Shown in pieces: positions 11,870 to 26,203 of a stretch of DNA of 64,000 nt. The translations under genes and the position numbers were made by a program. The notes beneath the pieces are model-generated. The model made no database searches and was not told the origin of the DNA. It saw nothing but the letters and a program-made list of their open reading frames with translations. Origin of the DNA: Lama guanicoe (taxonomy: Eukaryota); NCBI GenBank assembly GCA_013239625.1, contig MU053652.1:7183902-7247901 (forward strand). The letters run 5' to 3'. Within the stretch, counting starts at the first letter, position 1. Every line of letters begins with the position of its first letter.

Positions 11870-13870
11870 TAACTCAGAATTGTTGTCTTTTGTTTTTAGT
11901 AGTTGGATTATCATGTGCCTTGATGTGGTTTTTCTTTGAATTTCTCTTGCTTGTGGGTACTTGAGCTTCTTGGTGCCACAAGTCAATGTTTTTCATCAAA
12001 TTAGAGAAGTTATTGGCTGATGTTTCTCGGATTTTTTTTCTTACTGTATTATTACTCTTCTTCTGAATGTCAGTTACATGTGTATTGGACTATTTGATAC
12101 TGTCCTTCTGGTCTCTGAGGTACTGTTTCTTTTTCATTTCTTTTTTTTTCCCCCTGGCTCAGAGGGATTTTCAAATTGTGGAATTTCTATTGAGCCAGCT
12201 TTAAGTTCACTGAACCTTTTTTTGGTCATATCCAATATTCTGTTATTCATATTTAGTTAATTTTTAATTCTATATATCTAAGTTTGAGACTAAATTAAGA
12301 ATGATGCAAAGGAGGTAGAGGGCTTATAGGTAAAACGGGTCTGATAGTTTACTTTCAAAACTCCCTACAGTTTGTAAGAGCAGCCCCACTGCATTCTCCT
12401 TTGGGGTGAGGGTAAGGCTTCTGGAATGGTTATGAAAGACAAACTTTATTAATGCCTTCCTCCCACTATGCCTCCTGATGTCTAAGGAGTTCCTTTCCTC
12501 AGGTACTGGGGGGGGTCTCTCCCTAGGTACCTGAGGTTTTTTTCTCTCTTTCCATTGTTGTGAAATCAGCATGTCCTATTCCAGTAACTAATTTCTCTTT
12601 TTTCAGTCATCCCAAAGTCTTACCCATATCGTTCTTCCAGTTGGATCAGGTGCTTTGAGTTTAGTTTGATTAATCTAATTTAATTGGGTTGCAGTTCTTT
12701 TGACGGCTTTGCATCTTGGTAGTGTGTAATTCTTTCTTGCTTTTTTGTATGCTCCACAGTTTGTGGATGTAAACAGTGCATCCTGTGAAGGGCAGTGGAA
12801 ACTGAGGTCAATAAGTTTTTATTCCTGGAAATATGCAGGCCTTTATGTTAGGCCTTTAAGCGTAGTGTTTTGAGTTAAGCCGGTCAGGAGTTGAGCTAGG
12901 CTGGGGATTTGTTATTGCTATGGTTACTTCAATGTGGTACAGGTATTAAATTCCTTTGGAGTTAGTTTGTATTTAGGTTGGACAGAGGATTTTTCCCATT
13001 GTGTCCCCCACCTTTAGTTTTAGGTCTTTCCTTTGTGCTTCATCTCAGGTAAGGTTTCTTTCCCAGCTCTCGTGCTTCTGTCCCACTGTAGCCAAGGTTA
13101 CTTTTTGCTAGACACTTGTTGGCCTTGTGATAAGTGGATGTTCTCTGTTGTGATTAAGCCTAAGTCTTGTCAGGTAGTGTGTCCCTGGGTCTTGAGGGGG
13201 AGGCCTTCCCACTGATCACGCCCCGTCCCTCACTGTAGGTCTGGTCCTTGCACCTGTGTACCTATTCTGCCTGTCCTTAGAAGGGGTAGAAGGTATTGTT
13301 TCTGTCTTCCCCTTTCAGCTGTAATGGGCTTTCACCAAAGTGCTAGGATTCAGAAGTTTCTTGCCCTTCTCCCAGCAGTTGAAGGACTGTTCTGAAAGAA
13401 AGATGGGGAGGAAAGCTCGAGGCGAGGTTTCCCACCTTTCGTGTAGTAACTGCCACCACCGTTGCCCCTCCTGGCCTGGAGTTGCAGGTTTGTGGAGGAG
13501 AGCTTGCAAGTGGGTGTGAATTCCCCTTGTGTTTGCAGCTCCCAGATACTCTGTTATCTTTTAGCCCATACTTGGCCTTTAATAACTCATTAAGGATGTT
13601 AGATGAATTTTTCTTACTGATATCAAGCAGCATTTGCCCTTTACCACAGGTAAGCAGGTGCTTACTGCCCTTCTCTAGTTAGTGATCTCTTCTTTCCTTA
13701 GATTTCTGGTTAATTGGTTGCTCTGTGAACTCAACTCACTTGCCTCCCATCTCTCATTGGAGGTACTGATTTCTGGTTAGTTGGATGCCTTCTGACTTCA
13801 ACTCTCTGGTGGGTCAAGAAAAATTTTGAAATGTGCACATTCTACAACTTTTTGTTCTCTCCAGTTTACT
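11870..13870 (-). mobile_element. Old L1M fragments (antisense, 5'/ORF1-region like)
   Basis: 'ttggattatcatgtgccttgatgtggttttctttgaatttctcttgcttgtgggtacttgagcttcttgg...tttcatcaaattagagaagt' is characteristic of antisense L1M; boundaries approximate. Confidence 0.55.
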
Positions 13871-14700
13871 GCCTCCTAGTTGAAACTATTTACCTTTATT
13901 TTTGGCTGAGTCATTATGCACTGCTGATAATCAATTTTTTTTTCCTCTGATTCCTTTCTTATAAATAAAATTGATACATGAACATAGCTGTTGTATTTTT
14001 GTTGGCTATATCAAAGTTATTGGTGTGGAGATACGTGTTATAGGATCTATTTTTAAACTTTATTGAATAAAGAAATTATGTTTCTATGTGGAAGTTTTCA
14101 GAGTCCCATAATGTATTTATTCATAGAATTTAAACTTTAAAGCCAGAAGAAATTGTAGAATGTATCCAGACTGAATACTTAGTTTTATCTGAGACTCTGA
14201 TTAAATAACTTTTTTAAGCTGACGGAGCTGAGTTACAGAAGCATAACAAGGGCTCAACTATACATGTGCCTTAGTCCATTGATTAGTCCACAGTCCTTAT
14301 TTATGAGATTATTGTTTTGTACTTTTAAACTTTTAATACGTTTTAATTTCTTCTTGGCAAACTCTTCATTTTTTTTCTTTAGTAGAGAACAGTATTACAG
14401 GTTAAAATGAACCAGAAGTTGAGCTAGTTTTTCTCTATCTGTAAAATGAAGAGTTGATAATATTTAATAAGATAGTTTAAAAAATTAAATTATGAACCTG
14501 AAATATTAGGTCCTCTGATTTTTCTCTAGAAATATCACTTTCATCATGTCTTAAAAATAATGACTTGGACACTTAGACATCGTACTTTGATTTCTTGAAA
14601 GATAAAAGTCTTGCTTTAAAAATTGTTCTAATTTTTACTTATATCTTGGTGTTACGCTCTCTTTTGGCTTTTCTGTGTACCTATTTTTCTATTATTTCAG

Positions 14701-14773
14701 GGAAAACTTTCATATATCTCTTCTTTAACTTATGGTGGAAACAGAGCAGCTGCTTTGAAGATTGGACTGCAAG
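14701..14773 (+). other. POT1: POT1 exon 3 (5' leader, 73 nt)
   Basis: Long polypyrimidine tract, tttCAG|G acceptor, AAG|GTATAT donor; 73 nt matches my recollection of a human POT1 5' UTR exon size. Confidence 0.7.
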
Positions 14774-15479
14774 GTATATGAGAGAACCATTTCTGCTTAA
14801 CTTTTTGCTTGTAATCTAGAAATGAGTAACTTTATGTATACATATACACATAAGCACAAAAATGATTTCTAATGAATAATACATGCACACTAGTATAAAA
14901 ATCTATAGAATGAAAAGTTACTCTTTTCCTCTCAAAAATTTTTCTCCAAAGTCCATCCTTCCCCCTCTCATTGCCTCTGTTTTACTTCAGATTCCTTTGA
15001 CATCCTATCTAGATTATTACAATAGCTAACTCATCCCATTACTTCTAGTTTCACTAATGTGACTCAAATGGTTTAGCAGACTTTAAAAATGCTACTTTCA
15101 GCATGTTATTTATTACCTAGGTGTAGGTGCATGAGATAATTCCTTCTCCCTAGTAACCCTAAAGTAATCTTAAGCTGGGAAGAGCAACCATGGAATACTT
15201 GGGGGGCAAAGTAGATCTCATCAGAAGCCTGAAATTGGTTGAACGAATGAAGAGTGGTCTATGGCAGTGAATGGGAAACAAACTGAACTACAACATTTCT
15301 ACAACGATTGAAAATCAGCTATATATCAGACACAGTTCTAACAGCAGCAACCAAAACAGAGTTCTTACCTTCCTGGAGTTCACATTGTACGGGAGTAAAT
15401 AAATTCAAATAATCACAAAAAGTAATAATGGATCAAAATGTGATTTGAAGAAAAAATAGAGCAGGATAAGGTGGTATGC

Positions 15480-17090
15480 TTGGTATATTATCCTTTTTAT
15501 ATATTCATAGGTTTGACTTGCTAATATTTTGTTAAGGATTTTTTCATCTAAATCTATGAAAAATATGATCAGAATCTGTCTTATAGTGATTTTGACTGGT
15601 TTTGATATGAGGGTAATGCTGTCCTCAGAGGAGAGTTGTTTATAATTCCTCTTCTGTTTTCTGGAAGAATTTATCTAGAATTGTTGTTTCTTCCTTAGAT
15701 GTTTGTAGAATTCACTAGTGAAACCAGCTGTGCCTGGAGTTTTCTTTATGGGAAAGCTCTAACTCTAAGTTCAATGCCTTTAATTGATAAAGGGCTATTC
15801 AGATTATCTTTTTTTTCTTGAGTAAGCATTGGTAGTTTGTGTTTCTAAGGGAATTTATGTGTTTCATCTTGGTTGTCAAATATATTGGCATAAAGTCATT
15901 CATAATATACTTTCTATATGCTTCTGATGTTAATAGGATCTGTAGTGATATCCCATTTAGTGGATTAGATAATTTGGTAACCTCTCTCTCTCTCTTACTT
16001 TTTCCTGATCATTTTGGCTAGAGATGTATTTTATTGATCTTTAAGGTCAGATTTTCTTTTCATTAATTTTTCTGTATTTTTCAGTTTTCAATAACATTTT
16101 CTTCTCTGTTAATCTGCTATTAAGTCCAGTCAGAGTACAGTTAACTTCTAATATATTTTTCAACTCTGAAAGTTCATCTTAAATTTTTTCATATCTACCA
16201 GTTCTCTTCATCTGTTTTCTTCCTTCTTGAACATGTACTTTCAATAACTCTTTTAAAAGCCTCTCTGGTAATCCTATTATCTCTGACATTTCTGGGTTCT
16301 TTCCTATAGATTCCCTGCTGCTGTCACCCACACACATGTTTTTTCTTTCTACATGGTTTACAATTTTTTACTGTGTGCTAGACATTTAGAATTTTATATT
16401 ATCAAATGTTGGATTTGTCTTTCTTTAAATATTATTTGTCTTTATCTTGGGATACTATCAATTTTCTTGGAATCAGTTTGATTAGCTTTGTTAGTGTGGG
16501 TCTAGAGCAGCCTTTATTTTGGGGCTGATTTGGCCTCATCACCAAGGAAATACCTTTATGACATTTTGACTATGGGCTTAGTGTATGAGGATTCCACTCT
16601 GGCTGATTGGAACCAGAATAATTCCCAGCCCCACGTGAGTCTCCAAATTGTGCTATCTTATCCTTTCAAATGGTTCTTCCCCTTCCTGGGCTACTTTTCT
16701 CCCATGCATTTGGAGATCAGTGCTCAACCAAAGACCCGAAGGCACCCATCTCCAGAGCACCCTGTCTGTGCTGCTCCCTTCCCTTTCAGCGCTCTGTCCT
16801 GCAAGCTCTCGCCACCTGGCTGTCCTCAAACCTGAACTCTTCTGAGTTCAGTGAGGCAACTGGGCTTCCTTTGGAGTTCACCTCCACTTTCTGCAGTCTG
16901 GAAACCCCCCAGGAAGTGAGCTAGGGCTGTTGCTTGGTTTTCCTTCTCCAAGAGATCACTTTCTTGCACTTCCTGTTGTCTAATGTTTGAAAACAATTGT
17001 TTCCTATATTTTTTTCTTCATTTTCTAGTTGCTTTTAGGCTGGAGAGTAAAATCCACTCCCTGTTACTCTCTATCATGGCCAGAAATAGA
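15480..17090 (-). mobile_element. Old L1M fragments (antisense)
   Basis: 'gtttgacttgctaatattttgttaaggattttttcatct', 'ggttttgatatgagggtaatgctgtcctc', 'gaattcactagtgaaaccagctgtgcctggag' are antisense ORF2-like; the 5'-region-like text follows. Confidence 0.65.
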
Positions 17091-18559
17091 CATCTGATAG
17101 GTCATTTAAAATATTAAAGAAGTATGTTATATTTTAATTCGAAGCCACTGTATTTTTGTTTGTTTTTGAGAAACATTAATGTTTCAGTTTTTTTAATATA
17201 CTTGTTTTGAGGAGTTGGATGAAAGAGGTAAGTGAAAAGAGGCAGTAGGCAGATGTGTGGTAGTTGTTTCTTTGCTGGTGATAGAAGAGCAGATTCGAGA
17301 GTTGTAAGTTACACAAAGAAGACTGCAAGTTTTGGAAAGATTTTTCATGTACTTCACAGATGCATGAAAAATCTGATGTGATGGCAGTTTCTTAGAGTAG
17401 CTGAATGTTTGAAAGCTGGTAAGAATAAAACCTCCCTCAGATGATACAATAATTGATGGCCTTAGTTCAGCATTTGATTCTAGGAGGTGACCTCTGGGAA
17501 ATGAAGATAGTGGAGATTCTCTGCCAAAGCTTAGACTATCCAAATTAGCTTCCTTGTAGGATATTCATTTCTCATTTTCCAAGTAATTTTCAACATTAAA
17601 ATCACAGATCACTCAGTCTTTACACACACACTGCTCTTTTACTCTTCAGTATAGGGATGTTGGAGGAAAAGAACACACTGGTCTGGATTAAAAGTTAATA
17701 TACTGATAATTGTATGTTACTAGAAGTTCAGTAAAAATGAAATATTTGCAGAGCGATACACTATAAAAATCGAGTAAGTGTATCTTACTCAATTTCTTTT
17801 GATTATAAACATGTGAAAATAAATAGAAAGTGATCATCATGTGGTGTTAATGTGGTATTTATAGAAATTTATAAAAGATATTCTGTTTGAAACTTGTTAT
17901 AATTTTGGTTTTAATGCCTAGTAGCATTCTGTATATTGTTGTTTGCAATACTTAAGATATTAGCGTGAATTATAAGCATTTTAATTACTCTTCATAATTA
18001 CATTTTGAAGTAACTGTAGTTTTTAGAATTTAGTTGTCATCAGGTTTCTTTTTGTATCTAAAGCATTTTTCTCTGTGTGTGTGTTTCTCTGTAGAACAAG
18101 AAAATTCAAATTCAGAGGTCAACACCATCAATGTATTATTTTTTGGAAAATTAGCAAAGGACTGTGCTAAAGTTTTCTATAAAGGGGTAAAATGTTTTTA
18201 TATTACTTTATTGTCTTAGAAATAGATTTAGACTTATCAGTGTTATTATATCTATCCTGTAGACCAATTTTTAGAGATTCTTTATATATTTGCAGGTGTA
18301 TGAAAAATGATACTTAAAAAAGCAACATCTTTAAAATTGCGACACTCCTAAAAGGTCAATAAAACTTATACTGACATAAAAAGGAACAATTTTTCCTATC
18401 ACTTAATTTTAATTATCAGTATTCAATAGAATGTCTTAAAGATGTGTACATTTTCTCCTCAATTAAAAAATAATTCTTGTAACTAAAAAATAATGTGAAC
18501 TATAACTCTATAGGTTTATGATATTTTCTATAATTATTTTAAAAATAAATGTCCGCTAA

Positions 18560-20265
18560 ATCCTCAACAAATAAATGCCTGCCAAATCCTCAACCAAACC
18601 AAACCAGCAGCATATAAAAAGGAGTAAACACCATGACCAAAGGGGATCTATCCCAGAAATGAACTGGGTTCAACAGAAGAAAATCAATTATTGTAATACA
18701 TCACATTAATAGAACAAAGGGAAAAAAAAACCACAAATGATCTCATCTTAATTGATGCAGAAAAGGCATTTGAAAAATCCTACACACTTTCATAATCAAA
18801 ACAATCAGAAAACTAGGAATGCAAGGGAACATCCTCAATATAATAAAGATCACTTATGAAAAACCCACAGCTAACGTCATACTCAGTGGTGAAAAACTGA
18901 AAGTTTTCCTCCTAAGATTAGGGACAGGCAAGGATGCTTGCTTTCACCCCTGCTGTTCAACATTGTACTGGAACTTCTAGCCAGAGCATTTAAGTAAAAA
19001 AGAAATAAAAGACATCTAAATTGTAAAAGAAGGAGTGAAACTATCTCTTTTCTCAGATGACATGATCCTATATATAGAAAATCTTGAAAGAATCTGAAAG
19101 AGAGCTACTAGCGCTAATATGTGAATTTAGTAATGTTGCAGGGTGCAAGATCAACACACCAAAATCAGTTGTGTTTATATATGCCTACAATGAACAGTCT
19201 GGAAAAGAAATCATGTGAACAGTTCCACGTAGGCTAGCATCTAAAGGAAGAACGTACCTGGGAATAAATTTAACCAATGAAGTGAAAGACTGTACATCAA
19301 AAGCCAAAAAATATTGCTTAAAGAAATTACATGACACCTAAATAAATGGAAAACATACGTGTTCTAGGAAGCTAAGTATTTTTAAGCTGTCAGTGCTACT
19401 CAAAGTAACCTACAGAGTCAGTGGCATCCCAGTCAAAATTCCAACAACTTTTTTTGCATAAATAGGTATATCCTCAAACTCATGGAGTTTTGAGGGCCCT
19501 CTATAGCAAAACAATCTAGAAAAAGAATACCAAGGTTATGCTTCATGATTTCAAAACTTACTACAGAGATATTGTAGTGAACAGTGTGGAAATGGCATAA
19601 GGATAGACATACATATGCGCCAGTGGAATAGAATAAAAGGTCAAGAAATAAGCCCGTACGTCTATGGGTAATTGATTTTTGGCAAGGGTGCTAAGTCCAC
19701 TCAGTGTAAAATGATACTGCCACTGTTGAAAACAGTATGGCAGTTCTTCAGAAAGCTCAGCATAGGTATACAGTGTGATCCAGCAATTACACTACTAGGT
19801 ATGTACCCAAAAGAATTGAAAATACGGACTTAAACAGATATTTGTATGCTGGTGTTCACTGCAGCATTATTCAGAATGCCCAAAAGCTGGAAACAACCCA
19901 AGAGCATCAGTAGATGAATGGATAAACAGTGTAGTGTGTATGTACAATGAAATATTATTAGGCCATAAAAAGGAAAGAAGTTCTGATACGTGCTACATCA
20001 TGGATAAACCTTGAAAATATTAATGCTAAGTGAAATAAACCAAACACAAAAGGACAACCATTGTATGATTCCGCTTACATGAATATGTGTAATCGGCAAA
20101 TTCACAGAGACAGACAGGTTAGAGTGTACTAGGGGCTGTGTTTGGAAATGGTGGTGATGGATGTATAGCATTGTGATTGTAATTAGTGCCAGTGAGATGT
20201 ACACTTTAAAATAGTTAAAACAGCAGGTTTTACGTTACTGATATTTTGTCTCATTAAAAAAAAAA
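18560..20265 (+). mobile_element. L1 (L1MA/MB-like) ORF2 RT-to-3' end remnant with internal deletion
   Basis: RT-region motifs 'ttgatgcagaaaaggcatttgaaaaatcc' (DAEKAF) and 'tttctcagatgacatgatcctatat' (F.DD); jump at ~19706 to the C-terminal region; 3' UTR and A-tail ~20256-20265; frameshifted and stop-riddled. Confidence 0.9.
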
Positions 20266-20344
20266 GTCTTCTGTGTGAGACTAAGGCAACACAGTTACGT
20301 AACAGAAAATGAGACTCCTTTTTGATCCAAATCCTCTAGAGTTT

Positions 20345-20540
20345 CACTGTCCAGTAGAGCTATGGAAACATTCTGTATCTGTGTTGTCAGTATAGTAGCC
20401 ATTAGTTATATTTAGCCAGTAATCACTTAAAATGTGGCTAGTACAACTGAGGAACTGAATTTTAAACTTTATGATGTTTTAATTGATTTAAATTTAAATA
20501 GCCACATGTGGCTAATTGATACTGTATTGGGCTAACACAT
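20345..20540. mobile_element. MER3-like hAT MITE
   Basis: 'cactgtccagtagag...tagtagccattagtta...cacttaaaatgtggctagtacaactgaggaactgaattttaa...aaatagccacatgtggcta...tattgg'. Confidence 0.75.
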
Positions 20541-21959
20541 CTCCAGAAGAATTAACCACTGTTTGGTGTAAAATCTTACAGATTTTTTTCTACATGTGTA
20601 GTAAAATGATTTAGAATTAATTTTCTTTAAGAACCACATGATATCTTTGATGTTAACTGTAGATCCTCTAGATATGTGCAAAACCAGATATGGCAATTAA
20701 ACTAAATATCGAACCATATAGCTATTAAACATACTGTTGAGTCATTGATAAGTCTCCGAATAAATTGTTTAAAGTTAGACCGTGTTTTGAAAATGATACC
20801 GTGGGAGTATGATATATGGTTTCAATCTTTTTTGATTTATGGTTGTTACTAAGAAGTAAATGACATGGGAAAATACAATGGTTTCTGCAAAACCATGCCA
20901 TCAAATGAGATTGTACTGTGTCTCTTTTTTCATTTACATTCATTTAGGTTCAGTGAACATTTATTAAGGGCTGACATTTTGCTTGACACTGTGGTAGGCT
21001 CTGGAGAAGCGAAAACGAATAGGACACAGTACTTGACGTTATGGAGCCCACTGTCTCTAGTCCAATGGAAGATCATTCAATGGCAGTGACTGTAATAGAA
21101 CTGGAATAGCACTCTCAGTAAACTGACTCTGCCTGGAGGATTTAGGGCAAAACATCGAACAGTAGGTACTTGGTTTTGTAGTGGAACATTTTGTTTGTTA
21201 GGCTTCAAACTTTTTATTATGAAAAACTTCAAACATAATATGTATATCAAGTGGTGAGAATTACATAGTGAATGTCCATATACCCATCATCTAACTTGAG
21301 CAGTTATCAATACATAGGCTCTTATTTCATTTCTTTCATCCAATAATTTTACTGCTGTAAATTATAGGGAAATATGAGGAATTTTGTAATTTAAACCATA
21401 AAAATTTAAGTATTTGAAAAAAGGATCCTAAAATTATATACATACATGTATATGTATATACACAAATGAATACATACAATGGTACCATTATACTATTGAA
21501 GTATTAGCATCAGTTTTTATAAATCATGAAATATCAATTTATTCATGTATATATACACACGTCTGTGTATATATCTGTCTTGCTGTCTGTTTATATATAC
21601 ATAAACACAATTTCATTATTATGCCTAAAATAATTTAACAGTAATTCCTTCATATAACCAAATATCAAGCCAGTGTTTCAGTTTTCCTGATTACCTCATA
21701 AATTATTTTTCAGTTATTTTCTTCTGTTGGGAAGAGACTAAGGTGGGGAAATCAGTGTGGAGAACTTAACAGTAACTCAGAAGCTATCCTGGATGTTCAA
21801 AGACCAGAACTAAAGCATTGATTGAACTAACAAAGAATTGATAAGTTGTGTGTTTGTAGGTTGCAGGAAAGTAGGTTTCAGTGTTTGAGACGGTACTTAC
21901 CATGTAAGTCTGTAAGAACATTTGCTCCTTGAGTTCTGAAGTTGAATTTTAAAAATTCC

Positions 21960-22290
21960 TATTCTGAGCCAGGGCCTGTTTCTAGGCATAGGTGATCCAA
22001 ATAGGCAAAGTTCTTGTCTTAAAACACTTTACTTTCTAGTGGCAAAAATCAGACAATAAACAGATAAATAAATACCTACTTTTTCGAGTGGCAAACAGTG
22101 CTGTGGAGAAAGTAAAACAGTGGAAGAGAGAGAAGGTGTGAGGAGAAAAGGGGAGGAAAGATGTTTTTCTCTGGAGGTGAAGGAGCAGAGACTTGAGAGA
22201 AATGAAAAGTGATCCTTCAGATACTTGGAGGAAGAGTGTTCTAGGACAGTGTTCTAGCAGTTACAAAGGCTCTGAAATATGAGGTCATGT
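21960..22290 (-). mobile_element. L2 fragment
   Basis: 'gagccagggcctgtttctaggcataggtgat...ctttctagtggc...gacaataaacagataaataa...tgctgtggagaaagtaaaacag'. Confidence 0.5.
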
Positions 22291-24019
22291 TCCAGACACA
22301 GCAGTGTCTAAATCCCAGCAGGGATGACCTGGAGCAAAAACCCTTGACTCCATTCAACCTTTAAAATAAAAAAATCTTTAAAGATTAAAGAAAAATTTCT
22401 TTAATCTGAAGATTAAAAGAGTAACTAATTTAAGTTAATTATTTAAAAAAATCTTAAGATGGGAATAATAATACCTACCTTTCTGGATTGTTGTCAGGAT
22501 TAGAGATAAAATATATTTGCCGCTGGCACTTACCGGGAACTCTGTACATGGCAACTATTATTGTTGTTACTTCTATTATCATCTCACTGTAACTAGAGAT
22601 AGCCCCAGTCGGGGAGAGCAGGGGAGAGGAAGGACTTCTGCACCTGAGCTCAGGAATTTGGCTTCTGGTTCCTGCTTTTCCACTAGATGACTATTAGATT
22701 TTGAGTAACCATTGACTATCTGCAGATCTGAATTGAACCAAGTGTAAAGTGAGGGCATTGGATTAGCTGAGAATTCTGAATAGTTCTGGCATAGTATATT
22801 TTCAGAAGTTGTGATCATTTATAAATAATTCAGTGGAGAATTATTGAGAAATGGTGCTAATTTTTGCAGAACCTGTGTCTGTGGAGACTAAAGACCCATT
22901 CCAAGGAAACTATCAGAGCAGCTACTTCTTTTTTTCTTGTATAGGAATTTGGGGACTACATTGCCAAACTCAGGTTTTGTCTCTTTTGCTAAAGTTTCTG
23001 TGAAGAGGTGATAAATCGGTTAATTTTTTTCTAATTTATATTTTGAACAAATTAATTAGTGTAGTGATTTTTTTTTCTCTCTGAAAAATTATTAAATCAG
23101 CATTACATCTTAAAATCTTACTGTAGAATTTGAGGAAATACGAGAACTGCCGTGCAATTCATGTCCTAAAACTCCTAGGACAGTTCATTAGACTGTTTCT
23201 CTCAGAATGATAACTAGAGTGATTTTCGATGCAATTTAAAATTTTTGATTGAGGTATAGTTTGCGTATGGTTGGTATGACGCTGTGGAATTCTAGAGGCA
23301 AATATACTAAACAAGTATTATCTGACAGAAAAGAGACTAGGAAATAAAGTATATAAAGCATGTATACACACACATATACAATCATACCTTTAATTAGATA
23401 TTCATTAAAATAGAATAGAACTATACATCTAATGACTACTTGTCAGATAACAGGATGTTAATAATGGCAAGTCAAGGGGTTTCTCCTTTAAAAATGGTGA
23501 GAAGACTGAAGTCACAGTTTACTGTAAATTCTTTCTGGGTTTAAATCCACAAATGTTGATCATTGGGGAGGTCTAATATCATCAGGCTATTTATTTTAGA
23601 ATTCATAGTATTAAGTTTAAAGATTGTTACAAGTCAAAGGTAAAATTTTTTGCATAAGAGTGAATTTTCTAATCTAGTTCTTACATGTTCTTCTTTATCA
23701 CTTGTTCCCTTAAGATTAGATCTGTATTTGAATACAACAAAAAACCCCAAACAGTTTTGCTTTGGTAAATTAATGATACATTTTTCAGGAATACAAATGC
23801 TTTAACTGAAACTCACTCCATATGAGGCATTTTTTTCAGTTTTACCTTTCATTTAGAAAGAGTTTTAACATTTAATATGTGGATATAAAATAAGAAATAC
23901 TTTCCCAAAGAATTTTGGAAGTTTTTTTTTTTAATTTTATCATAAAACTGTCAAAAGTATAGACTTTTCTAAATACATTTTTTTCCCCATCCCTGTAAGA
24001 TTTAGTTCTGAAAAAGAAG

Positions 24020-24210
24020 ATAGAGCAGTAGCTGTCGTGGAAGTCAGGAGATCCGATTCTGGTCTTGGTCTACAACTAATTAGCTGTATGTGACCTTAGG
24101 CTGTTCATTTAGCCTCACTGGCCCTTATTTTCTTACCTGAAAAATGAAGGTGTTAGATTTCATGATCTCTCAGGTCCTTTTCAGTTATAAAATGCTAAGA
24201 TTCTATGAAG
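24020..24210 (+). mobile_element. MIR SINE
   Basis: 'ggaagtcaggagatccgattctggtcttggtct...tagctgtatgtgaccttaggc...ttagcctcactggcccttattttcttacctgaaaaatgaagg'. Confidence 0.7.
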
Positions 24211-25604
24211 TAAGTTTTGTAGTAGTTGTGCAGTTTAAGATTTAATGAAGATACATTTTATATATGTGTGTGTGTGTGTATATTTCGTATATTTAGTTAT
24301 TCTTTGAGTTGTCCAAACACTTGCTGAATATTTTTTGTCTTCTGTGCTCGATGTCAGACATCTTAACTGATTAAGACAGGTATGCACCTTGCCATCATGG
24401 ACTAGTGTGGACTGGAGAAGAATGGAATTAAACAACTGTTATTTAATTAATTATTTTATCCAGTTGTAGTATGTACTAAGATTGAGTAGCAGAGTGAGAG
24501 AAGTAGCAGAAAGAACGAGCACAGGCGTCCTGGGAGAGCAGATCAGTGAGAGAGAACAGTATTTACAGAGGTCCTGAGAGAGGATCCTGGAAAGCTGAAG
24601 AATTAAGGGAAGGCAGAATTCCAGAGTGAGTCACACAAAATATGGCTGGTAAGCTGGGTAGGCATCAGATCGTAAAATGATTTGTTGACCATTTAAAGAT
24701 TTTGGTTTTTATGCTAATATTATGTAATTACATCCTTGGTGTTAACATGGTCCAAGAGATGCTAATACCTATGAAATACATTTTTTGTATTAGAAATGCA
24801 TTTTCTGTCAATCACTGCACTATCATGACATCAGGTCCATAGCTTTTCCCTGTACCCTTTCACTCTGTAACAGTGTTTTAAGATATGATAACGTAATGGT
24901 ATTTTCAAGGTCAATGTAATAAAAACTACTTAATGTTTGTTAAAGCCAGAGAAGTTTTTCTTTTTGGATTATCAGTTTCATATTTTCTTTGCCCTTTTCC
25001 TGCTTATTAAGTGTAATGACTGGAGAATTTTTAATAGTTTATCCATTAAAAATTAGCAAATGAATATACTAATTTTGTGGTTTACATTTTTGTTACCTGT
25101 TGATTTACATTTTGTTACCTGTTGATTATATCACCACTGGTTGTGTTAGCATGTAAAAACCATTTGTTTAAATGCAAGTAAGTTGTTGGATTTTTTTTTT
25201 CCTTGTAATTGTTCGTTTTTAAAGAACACTTATGTTAAAAAGACCTGTACTGATTTCATTCATTTTCTCTGAGTCTGATTTGCAGTAGAAATATTCCTAT
25301 TGGCTAAATTAATTGTTTAATGATGAGGATTCACTCTTTCTGAGGCACTGTGACACGAAAGGGAAGTGACCCCTTTACTGGTATGTGAGAATCCTGAGTT
25401 AGTTCAAAGATTTCAGTCATACCAAGTGTGTTTTAACTCAAGACATTCATGCGAAGATAGTGATTAAAACCTTATCATTTTTAGTAACATGGCTATGATT
25501 CTCGGGCTGGTTCCTTAATACTATTTTCGTCCAATTGAGAGATGCCTACTCTGGTATGTCAGAATGCTGCACTCTTCCCACTGACCTGTGTCATTCCCAT
25601 TCTT

Positions 25605-26203
25605 TTTTTTTTTAACATTTTTTATTGATTTATAATCATTTTACAATGTTTTGTCAAATTCCAGTGTTCAGACCAATTTTTCAGTCATTCATGGACATAT
25701 ACACACTCATTGTCACATTTTTTTCTCTGTGATTTATCATAACATTTTGTGTATATTTCCCTGTGCTATACAGTGTAATCTTGTTTATCTATTCTCCAAT
25801 TTTGAAATCCCAGTCTATCCCTTCCCACCCTCCACCCCCCTGGCAACCACAAGTCTGTATTCTCTGTCTGTGAGTCTAAATTTCTGTCCTGTATTTACGC
25901 TTTGTTTTTGTTTGTTTGTTTGTTTTTGTTTTTGTTTTTGTTTTTGTTTTTTAGATTCCACATATGAGCGATCTCATATGGTATTTTTCTCTCTCTTTCT
26001 GGCTTACTTCACTTAGAATGACATTCTCCAGGAGCATCCATGTTGCTGCAAATGGCATTATGTTGTCGGTTTTTATGGCATGGCTGAGTTCCATTGTATA
26101 AATATACCACATCTTCTTTATCCAGTCACCTGTTGATGGACATTTAGGCTGTTCCCATGTTTTGGCTATTGTAAATAGTGCTGCTATGAACATTGGGGTG
26201 CAG
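25605..26203 (-). mobile_element. Young 5'-truncated L1 (lineage-specific), antisense in POT1 intron 3
   Basis: Poly-T at 25603-25613; intact ORF2 C-terminus (MFIAALFTIAKTWEQPKCPS...WIKKMWYIYTME..., 25951-26193); TSD TCCCATTCTT (25595-25604, 26210-26219), extendable by GTGTCAT with a 1-nt indel. Confidence 0.92.

Noticed and set aside
25614..25827. APOBEC3 G>A hypermutation of this copy as the source of the A/G differences
   Set aside because: Its ORF2 Trp codons are intact, the A-rich state matches typical L1 tails (tgtatagcacaggga), and the context fits ADAR acting on the other copy. A consensus alignment is still needed to confirm.
25951..26193. 80-aa ORF as a host gene
   Set aside because: It is the C-terminus of L1 ORF2p in a truncated insertion.
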